32,193 bases of DNA, taken from Candidatus Zixiibacteriota bacterium. Its GTDB lineage: Bacteria; Zixibacteria; MSB-5A5; GN15; FEB-12. The position numbers and the translations under genes are program-made. The stretch lies in contig JADFLZ010000001.1 of assembly GCA_022564135.1 (NCBI GenBank), forward strand, positions 1 through 32,193, given 5' to 3'. Within the stretch, counting starts at the first letter, position 1; each line of letters opens with the position of its first letter. Below the pieces are notes generated by a model. It was given only the letters and a program-made list of their open reading frames with translations. It was not told where the DNA came from and did no database searches. This document shows positions 25,991 through 32,193 of this stretch, one piece after another.

Positions 25991-26794
25991 TTGCTAATTT
26001 GGCTATATGAGCCAAACCAGAGAATAATTTTGAAATCGAACGAACAGGAAAAACTCTTACTCATCAACCGACTGGCTATTGCCTCAGCAGACCGGGAAGA
26101 CCTAAACCAGTATGCTCAGTGGCTTTTGGAAAACTCTGCCCGGTTGGTCGGGTTGACGGCTGCTTCTATGTTTCTCTGGGATGACAAAATGAAGCCGACG
26201 GTAAACGTCTCGTTTGCTGCCGGCGAGACCAGCCAGAAAAAACTGCTGACGGCCGAGTCTGATCTCTTTCAGTCGCTGCGGCTGGAAAAAAATCTTATGT
26301 CTGCCTTTATGTCGTTTGGCGGAAAAAAGCCGTACCATTTGTTTACCATTCCGCTTCGTCACGGTGACAAACTATTCGGGGCGCTTATCGGAATTCAGGA
26401 AGGAAAACTCCGCTCAGATATTGACACTTCATTTTTAGAAACTCTGACATCGATACTATCTTTATCTCTGGCGGCTGATCAGACTGAGCTTGGCCCGGCA
26501 ACTTCTAAGGCGTCAATAGAAAAAGCGAGGCTTAGTGCTATTACCGAAACGGCGGTAACAGTAAACCACGAGGTCAACAATCCGCTGACTGCTATACTGG
26601 GCAACGTGCAGCTGCTTTTGGCCAGACAGGAAAACTTGAACCCGGATACTATCGCTAAACTAAAAGTTGTCGAAGCATCGGCTCTGAAGATTAAAGATGT
26701 TACTCAGAAACTTTTAAAACTGACTCATTCGCGTACTGTTGAATACACCGAAGGATCTAATATGCTTGATTTGTCAGAGGGCGAAGAACCTTAG
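25991..26794 (+). CDS. GAF-like sensor domain fused to a HisKA/DHp phosphoacceptor domain, with no HATPase_c catalytic domain.
   Basis: H-box VNHEVNNPLTAILGNVQLLL followed by a second helix (KLKVVEASALKIKDVTQKLLKL). The ORF terminates about 75 aa after the His. The N-terminal ~170 aa has a GAF-like pattern (LVGLTAASMFLWD...FTIPLRHGDKLFGALIG). The start is uncertain: TTG at 25991 or a downstream TTG at 26030. Confidence 0.65.
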   Translation: MLIWLYEPNQRIILKSNEQEKLLLINRLAIASADREDLNQYAQWLLENSARLVGLTAASMFLWDDKMKPTVNVSFAAGETSQKKLLTAESDLFQSLRLEKNLMSAFMSFGGKKPYHLFTIPLRHGDKLFGALIGIQEGKLRSDIDTSFLETLTSILSLSLAADQTELGPATSKASIEKARLSAITETAVTVNHEVNNPLTAILGNVQLLLARQENLNPDTIAKLKVVEASALKIKDVTQKLLKLTHSRTVEYTEGSNMLDLSEGEEP

Positions 26795-26805
26795 AAGTTA
26801 ATTTG

Positions 26806-27612
26806 CTACTCATATAAGAGTAACCAATTCACCATGCGTTTCATTGCAGTTGAATCATTATTGATGATATTGGTTCCGTGATTTCCAGTTTCAAGTATTT
26901 CTAATTCTATTCTGGTTGTATCAATTTTTGCAAAATTCTGTGAAGAATGGTAAGAGTAGTTATCTTCTTTGCCTGCAAATATCAATACTTTTCCGTCAAA
27001 CAGTTTCAGTGCCCTTGCTGGTTCGAGTCCTATATATTTTTCTCCAGGTGAGAGCATGACTACTTTTGAAACAATAGGCAAATGTTCTGTGAGCATTATT
27101 GCGACATTTGCACCTACTGAAGCCCCAATAACATAAATCCTATTAGTATCAATATTCAAGGAAGTGTCCGAGAGCATTTCATTAACTGCATACGCTATAT
27201 CGGAAGGAATTTTCTTATATTCGTTCTCATCTCTGTCTTCGTAAGTAGTTGTATCCTGTCCTTTTGTCGTAGAACGTCCGTGGCCCCTAAGGTCAAAAGC
27301 TATGATATAAGGGCAATAGTACATTTTTACAGGATTTCCGCCGCAAATATTTCCGTCAACAAACGAAATAAAATCATTATAACTTCGCGAATTATTCCGG
27401 TTCATATGTAAAGCGATTACCAAGGGCGTCTGGTCCAAAAAAAATGGAGGGATTTGTAAGTCACCATATAGTCGTAAAGAGTCACTTTTTATGGTAAAAC
27501 TTAGCTCTTTAGTCTCATACGGATTGAAAGTACCTGAATATGAGTTTTGATAAAAGGTTCCAAGAACAATCAATATTGCTACCGAGAGCAAATGTCTGAC
27601 TTTCTTATTCAT
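26806..27612 (-). CDS. Secreted alpha/beta-fold hydrolase.
   Basis: Signal peptide MNKKVRHLLSVAILIVLGTF, DLRGHGRS motif, GxSxG nucleophile elbow (VIGASVGANVA) and a late GNHGT His. The gene is markedly AT-rich relative to its neighbours. Confidence 0.75.
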   Translation of the reverse strand: MNKKVRHLLSVAILIVLGTFYQNSYSGTFNPYETKELSFTIKSDSLRLYGDLQIPPFFLDQTPLVIALHMNRNNSRSYNDFISFVDGNICGGNPVKMYYCPYIIAFDLRGHGRSTTKGQDTTTYEDRDENEYKKIPSDIAYAVNEMLSDTSLNIDTNRIYVIGASVGANVAIMLTEHLPIVSKVVMLSPGEKYIGLEPARALKLFDGKVLIFAGKEDNYSYHSSQNFAKIDTTRIELEILETGNHGTNIINNDSTAMKRMVNWLLLYE

Positions 27613-27628
27613 TTTTCATTTCTAAAAA

Positions 27629-28777
27629 TCAAATTACATTTGATTCTACTACAAATTCCCCTTTAGCAAAACGCTCTGGCGCATAAGAAGAAATATCAAT
27701 CGTGGTCTCTTTACCTGCCAGAATTTCCGCAGTAACCAGTCCTGCCGCCGGTGCGTGCATTATGCCATGACCGGAAAAGCCGCAGCAGTGAAACATTCCT
27801 TCAACTTTTGACTCCCAGCCTATTATTGCCTGATGGTCAGGCGTGCTTTCGTAAAGCCCGGCCCACTGGTTTGCAATCTTTGCTGTTTCCAGCTGGGGAA
27901 TTCTGTCAAGTGCCCTTTCTAAAATCGCATCGGTATAGTCCGGCTCAACTGAGATATCAAACGATGGCTCTCTCTCTTTATCCGCCCAGCCCAACAAGAG
28001 GCCGCTGCCTTCTTTGTGGCAGTACAGCCCGGATTTTACATCGACAACCATGGGGATACCCGCTTTTAAAAAATCAAGTTCAGCAGTATTGACTATCTGT
28101 CTTTTATACGGCTCAACTTTAACCTCGGCGCCGACCATTTTACCAATCACTTTGGCGTATGGTCCGGCGCAGTTGATTACCAGCGGAGTTTTGATATGGC
28201 CTCGTTTGGTTCGAACGCCAGAAATTTTGCCGGATTCGACATCAATCGACTCAACTTCAGCCTCGAGTTCGACCACCACGCCCATCTGTTTGGCAGCCTT
28301 TTCAAAACCGCTCAAAAATTCCCACTGGTCAGAGATGCCGTCTTTTTTGCAGAATGTGCCTAACTTGATGTCGTCGAGTCTGACATGGGGCACGATTTTG
28401 GCAATATCGTCAGGTTTTAATAGTTCGACCGGCAGACCGAGCGATTTTTGCAACTCATAGCTTTTCTTAAACGAGCTTACCTGGTCATCATCTGAAAGTA
28501 AAAAGAGATAGCCGACCTGCTCAAACAGAGCCTCATGGCCGGTCTCTTCTTCGAAATTCTCAAAGAAGTTTTCAGAAATAATCGACATTTCTATATTTGC
28601 TTTTTGGGCAAACTGTGCCCTGATGCCACCGGCTGCCTGTGAAGTGGAACCATCACCGATAGTTGATCCTTTATCGACCACAACAATCTGGCCGAATTTG
28701 GCTCTGGCTAAATGAAAGGCAACGGAGAATCCGATAATTCCGCCGCCGATAATGACAACATCAGCGCTGCTACGCAA
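27629..28777 (-). CDS. FAD-dependent oxidoreductase, DAO family (sarcosine oxidase beta / glycine oxidase-like).
   Basis: N-terminal Rossmann motif DVVIIGGGIIGFSVAFHLA...VVVDKG and C-terminal GFSGHGIMHAPAAG, typical of the DAO family. It has a TTG start. Substrate cannot be assigned from sequence. Confidence 0.85.
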   Translation of the reverse strand: MRSSADVVIIGGGIIGFSVAFHLARAKFGQIVVVDKGSTIGDGSTSQAAGGIRAQFAQKANIEMSIISENFFENFEEETGHEALFEQVGYLFLLSDDDQVSSFKKSYELQKSLGLPVELLKPDDIAKIVPHVRLDDIKLGTFCKKDGISDQWEFLSGFEKAAKQMGVVVELEAEVESIDVESGKISGVRTKRGHIKTPLVINCAGPYAKVIGKMVGAEVKVEPYKRQIVNTAELDFLKAGIPMVVDVKSGLYCHKEGSGLLLGWADKEREPSFDISVEPDYTDAILERALDRIPQLETAKIANQWAGLYESTPDHQAIIGWESKVEGMFHCCGFSGHGIMHAPAAGLVTAEILAGKETTIDISSYAPERFAKGEFVVESNVI

Positions 28778-28919
28778 TTTTTACCTCATTTAATTTCTGA
28801 AATCAGGAATCAGCAACGGGCAAAAAATCGGGCATTTGGCCGGACAAGTCAAGCAACTGCTTAAATTCAAGATTTAATTCTTGAAGAGGCGAGCGATTCT
28901 CGATAGCTTAGCAATCTAT

Positions 28920-30668
28920 ATGACAATTGAGAGAATACTAAATAAGTTCAAGTTCACTACCACCAACCTGTTGATTGTGCTGTCGATTGTGGTCGGTCTG
29001 GCTACCAGCCTTGGCGCTCTGGGTTTTATTGCGCTGATTGAATATTTCAACAGTATCTTTTTTGGTCTGACCGATCAGGTGCTGACCGGGGTAATGGGCG
29101 AAGGCAGCATAAAATTCTGGCTGCCGCTTATTCCCTTATTGGGCGGCCTGCTGGTCGGACCTATTGTTTATAATTTTGCGCGTGAGGCCAAAGGGCACGG
29201 AGTACCCGAAGTAATGAACGCGGTAGCGCGGCTTGGCGGGATTATTCGTCCGAGGGTCGCGGTGGCCAAGACTATTGCTTCGGCTATCTGTATCGGCTCG
29301 GGCGGTTCGGCCGGCAGAGAGGGACCAATCGTGCAGATTGGTTCGGCTATCGGCTCTACTATCGGTCAGCTTTTCAGAATGTCCGGTGACCGCGTCAAAA
29401 TTTTAGTCGGCTGTGGCGCTGCGGCCGGGATTGCTTCGGTCTTTAATGCACCGATAGCAGGCGTCATATTTTCGCTCGAAATTATCTTAGGTGATTTTAC
29501 TATCAAAACTTTTTCGCCGGTGATTCTTTCATCGGTAGTTGCTTCGGTGGTGACCAGATCAATTCTCGGTGACCATCCGGCCTTTGATGTGCCCGAATAC
29601 TCGCTGGTTTCGGCCTGGGAGATTCCGCTGTACATGGCTATGGGCGGCGTCATGGGCTCGTTAGGGGTAGGCTTTACCCGCACGCTGGACTGGTTTGAAA
29701 CTATATTTGAGAAAATTAAATTCCTGCCCGGCTGGGCCAAACCTGCTCTGGGCGGGCTGCTGCTGGGAATTATTGCTCTGGCTTATCCGCAAGTCCTGGC
29801 TGATGGTTACGAGACTATTCGTTTGACACTTTACGGAGAAATGGGAGTGGCGATTCTGCTGATTTTGGTGGTTATGAAAATTTTAGCTACGAGTCTGACA
29901 CTCGGTTCCGGCAACTCCGGGGGTATCTTTGCACCATCGCTCTTTATGGGCGCAGTAGCCGGAGGAGCCTTTGGCTTTCTGGTCAATTATCTGTTCCCGG
30001 GAGTTACGGCCTCTCCGGGAGCTTACGCTCTGGTAGGCATGGCCGGCATGGTGGCGGCAACAACTCATGCACCGATGACAGCTCTTCTGATAATTTTTGA
30101 AATGACCTCTGACTATCGGATTATTCTGCCGCTGATGGTGACGGTTGTCTTTGCGGCCTTAGTAGCCGGCAGGCTTTTCCCCCATTCTATCTACACCGTA
30201 AAATTGTTCAAGAGAGGCATTGATATCCGCGGAGGTAAAGATGTCAATATCCTTCGGGCTCACAAGGTCTCAGAAATTATGGACCCGAACTTTGAAACGA
30301 TAACTTCGGCAACTCCTCTGCACGGTATTTTTCAAAAATTAGAACAGACCAACGAGTCATATTTTGTGGTAATTGATAATGATCAGCATCTCCAAGGCGT
30401 TATTTCTTTTCAGGATATAAGAGCGCATTTGAGCCAGCACTCTCTTGACTATCTGATCATAGCCCAGGATTTGGTCCGGCCGGATACTTTAGTGGTGGCA
30501 GGCGACGACACTCTGGAAAAAGCCTATCAACTGTTTGGAGTCAAAGATTTGCGGATGTTGCCGGTCGTAACCGGAGAAGCCGGTAAAGAGAAAGTTGTAG
30601 CTGTTGTCAGACGTGAGACTTTGCTTGATTATTACAACAGACAGCTAATAGAGACGCTTAGAAGGTAA
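28920..30668 (+). CDS. ClC-family chloride channel / Cl-/H+ antiporter with a C-terminal CBS-domain pair.
   Basis: Selectivity and gating motifs GSGGSAGREGP, GVPEV and GIFAPS. The C-terminal ~130 aa has a tandem CBS pattern (VSEIMDP...YFVVIDNDQHLQGVIS...IAQDLV...LRMLPVV). I chose the ATG at 28920; the listed ORF starts at a TTG at 28881. Confidence 0.9.
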   Translation: MTIERILNKFKFTTTNLLIVLSIVVGLATSLGALGFIALIEYFNSIFFGLTDQVLTGVMGEGSIKFWLPLIPLLGGLLVGPIVYNFAREAKGHGVPEVMNAVARLGGIIRPRVAVAKTIASAICIGSGGSAGREGPIVQIGSAIGSTIGQLFRMSGDRVKILVGCGAAAGIASVFNAPIAGVIFSLEIILGDFTIKTFSPVILSSVVASVVTRSILGDHPAFDVPEYSLVSAWEIPLYMAMGGVMGSLGVGFTRTLDWFETIFEKIKFLPGWAKPALGGLLLGIIALAYPQVLADGYETIRLTLYGEMGVAILLILVVMKILATSLTLGSGNSGGIFAPSLFMGAVAGGAFGFLVNYLFPGVTASPGAYALVGMAGMVAATTHAPMTALLIIFEMTSDYRIILPLMVTVVFAALVAGRLFPHSIYTVKLFKRGIDIRGGKDVNILRAHKVSEIMDPNFETITSATPLHGIFQKLEQTNESYFVVIDNDQHLQGVISFQDIRAHLSQHSLDYLIIAQDLVRPDTLVVAGDDTLEKAYQLFGVKDLRMLPVVTGEAGKEKVVAVVRRETLLDYYNRQLIETLRR

Positions 30669-30731
30669 TTGGTTTTTAAATTGGTCTTCCTTAAGCGGTC
30701 AGAATAACACCGTCGATTTTAGCTTCAGGTT

Positions 30732-32193
30732 TCAATCAATTGGTTCTACTCTAATCTTGTCGTCTGATATCAACTCAAAGATTCTTTTACCGGGTTTGCT
30801 GAATATTACATCTAACTCATCCACCTCACCAGCCTTGTTCAAGCCTCTTATTATTATATCATATGTACTGTAGGAAAACTTTGAACCGATTTCGGGTCTG
30901 ACATGATAAATCGCGATCTCAGCCTGGTCGGGAAATATGAAAAATGACGGTGAATCTTTAAGCGAGAGTCTGAAAGTAGCATTCCTATGTTCCACTAATT
31001 GATCAAAAGAAGCGTCCTGATCACTTCGAACTGAAATCAATGTTGCAGATATAATCTTTGCAGGTAACGTATAACCAAAATCCGATCGAAGACGGAGGTT
31101 AACCAGAGATTCCAGACCGTGAATTAATGTAAGTGTTTCCTTGTATTCTGCTGGGACACTTAATAGAAAGCAACTATACAGGTTTTCAGTGGCCATCTTT
31201 TCGGCTATCAAATAGGTTACGTGCTTTGAAATCTGACCGGATTTTAGCCAGCGGCTTTGTTCGACGATCAGAAAGGTAGAATATGTAAGAAGTATTACTG
31301 TGAGGGCAAGAAAAGCGATTTTTCTCCGGTTGCCCTTCTGGCTCTGGAGCTTCCAAATCGAATAAGCTACTAACAGGCAGAATCCGACTGAAGGCAAGTA
31401 CAAATACCAGCGCATTGCTAACCTAATTACCGGCAAGAGAGTGAGTAGAACGAAAAGAGTCAAAAACAATGTTTCTTTTCGCTTTAATAGCACCCTGATT
31501 AAAAACAGCAAGATAAAGAGACTTGCGAAGGTTAAGACCGTGAATACTTGTTGGTTGGATTTGAGAAAGTTGCTGATTTCAATATGTCCACCGGGAATTA
31601 CCAAGAGGCCAATAAATATTGACAGGTTCCTTATCAAATTTGTAATCTCAAGGTTTGTGTGTACTTGTCCCGTCAGAACATCTGGACCTGCAATAATCAA
31701 CCTGAACACGGCATATAAGACTATAAGAGCCCAGAAAGGCCACGTTGAGCGAATTGATTGTTTAAGCATTTGCCGTTTATCAGAAGTAAATGCCATCACA
31801 TAAGCGGTAATGACTAAAGGAAATGATATTGCCATTTCTTTCGAAAGTAGAGCAAGCAGAAAACTTCCTATCGAGAACAGTAACGTCATTAATTTACAGG
31901 ACTTGTAGTAATTAATGAAGAAAACCAGTCCGGTTAGATAAAAGAAAGTGCACAAAATATCAGTGCGGCCTGTAATCCAGTAAACGGAAGTGCTGTGAAT
32001 AGGATGCAATAGGAAGAGGAGCGCTGCGATAAACGCTGCTGAACGCTCAAAATGGATTCGTGTAGCCAGAACGAATACTAACAGCGTGTTGGCAGTGTGA
32101 AGAATTATATTAGTCATGTGATAACCAGCGTGATTGTAACCCCAGAAAAACCTGTCGATGATAAGTGTGAGTTCTTTCACCGGACGAAAGTAA
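30732..32193 (-). CDS. Polytopic membrane protein of the PMT/ArnT-like glycosyltransferase type (DUF1736-like N-terminus). Its N-terminus is cut by the window edge.
   Basis: The frame remains open to the window end, upstream of the listed GTG at 32180. The motif FFWGYNHAGYHMTNIILHTANTLLVFVLA is typical of bacterial PMT_2/DUF1736 proteins. It has many TM helices and a soluble C-terminal ~150 aa. The gene is AT-rich. Confidence 0.55.
   Translation of the reverse strand, partial: YFRPVKELTLIIDRFFWGYNHAGYHMTNIILHTANTLLVFVLATRIHFERSAAFIAALLFLLHPIHSTSVYWITGRTDILCTFFYLTGLVFFINYYKSCKLMTLLFSIGSFLLALLSKEMAISFPLVITAYVMAFTSDKRQMLKQSIRSTWPFWALIVLYAVFRLIIAGPDVLTGQVHTNLEITNLIRNLSIFIGLLVIPGGHIEISNFLKSNQQVFTVLTFASLFILLFLIRVLLKRKETLFLTLFVLLTLLPVIRLAMRWYLYLPSVGFCLLVAYSIWKLQSQKGNRRKIAFLALTVILLTYSTFLIVEQSRWLKSGQISKHVTYLIAEKMATENLYSCFLLSVPAEYKETLTLIHGLESLVNLRLRSDFGYTLPAKIISATLISVRSDQDASFDQLVEHRNATFRLSLKDSPSFFIFPDQAEIAIYHVRPEIGSKFSYSTYDIIIRGLNKAGEVDELDVIFSKPGKRIFELISDDKIRVEPID

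Noticed and set aside
27751-28460. + strand ORFs of 113 and 148 aa opposite the FAD oxidoreductase. The same applies to ORFs opposite the ClC gene (29366-29740, 29883-30068), the S8 peptidase (22370-23664 set) and the PMT-like gene (31441-31803).
   Set aside because: They are shadow ORFs of well-supported genes, with Ser/Pro/Thr-rich low-complexity translations.
28778-28919. Possible fluoride (crcB-motif) riboswitch upstream of the ClC gene.
   Set aside because: I could see no match to the conserved crcB-motif core in either orientation. The channel has the canonical chloride-type GSGGSAGREGP/GIFAPS motifs plus CBS domains and does not look like a short ClC-F type.
1-32193. CRISPR arrays, IS elements or transposases, integrases, prophage genes and rRNA/tRNA genes.
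   Set aside because: I found no spaced direct repeats, no transposase- or integrase-like ORFs, no terminal inverted repeats and no structured RNA genes. The window looks like core chromosome apart from the AT-rich genes noted.

Overview
This is a compact bacterial chromosomal segment with most genes on the + strand. Two secreted proteases carry sorting modules (a T9SS/FlgD-Ig-type C-terminal domain and tandem dockerin-like repeats), which suggests an uncultured FCB-group-like lineage; that placement is inference only. The core (6830-21454) is a complete 14-subunit NADH:quinone oxidoreductase operon, nuoA to nuoN, with many overlapping start/stop junctions. It has one extra gene: a 73-76 aa CPYC glutaredoxin-like ORF, translationally coupled to nuoM and sitting between nuoM and nuoN. 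That ORF ends at an in-frame TGA followed by GGT TTC TAA. A two-tier hairpin with a GGUC apical loop starts right after the TGA. I read this as a probable selenocysteine recoding site, giving a C-terminus of ...GGG-U-G-F. Upstream (2-6690) is a tightly coupled + strand cluster: an HExxH metalloprotease, an ECF-S-component-like membrane protein, a TonB-receptor-like barrel, a UMF1/Atg22-type MFS transporter, a PHP phosphoesterase, and a small protein resembling eukaryotic PHPT1/Janus phosphohistidine phosphatase. Downstream are an S8 peptidase, purF, a GAF plus DHp protein lacking a kinase ATPase domain, an AT-rich alpha/beta hydrolase, a DAO-type FAD oxidoreductase, a ClC channel with CBS domains and a truncated PMT/DUF1736-like membrane protein. 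I found no rRNA, tRNA, CRISPR array or mobile element. All calls rest on motif recognition by eye; no searches were run.
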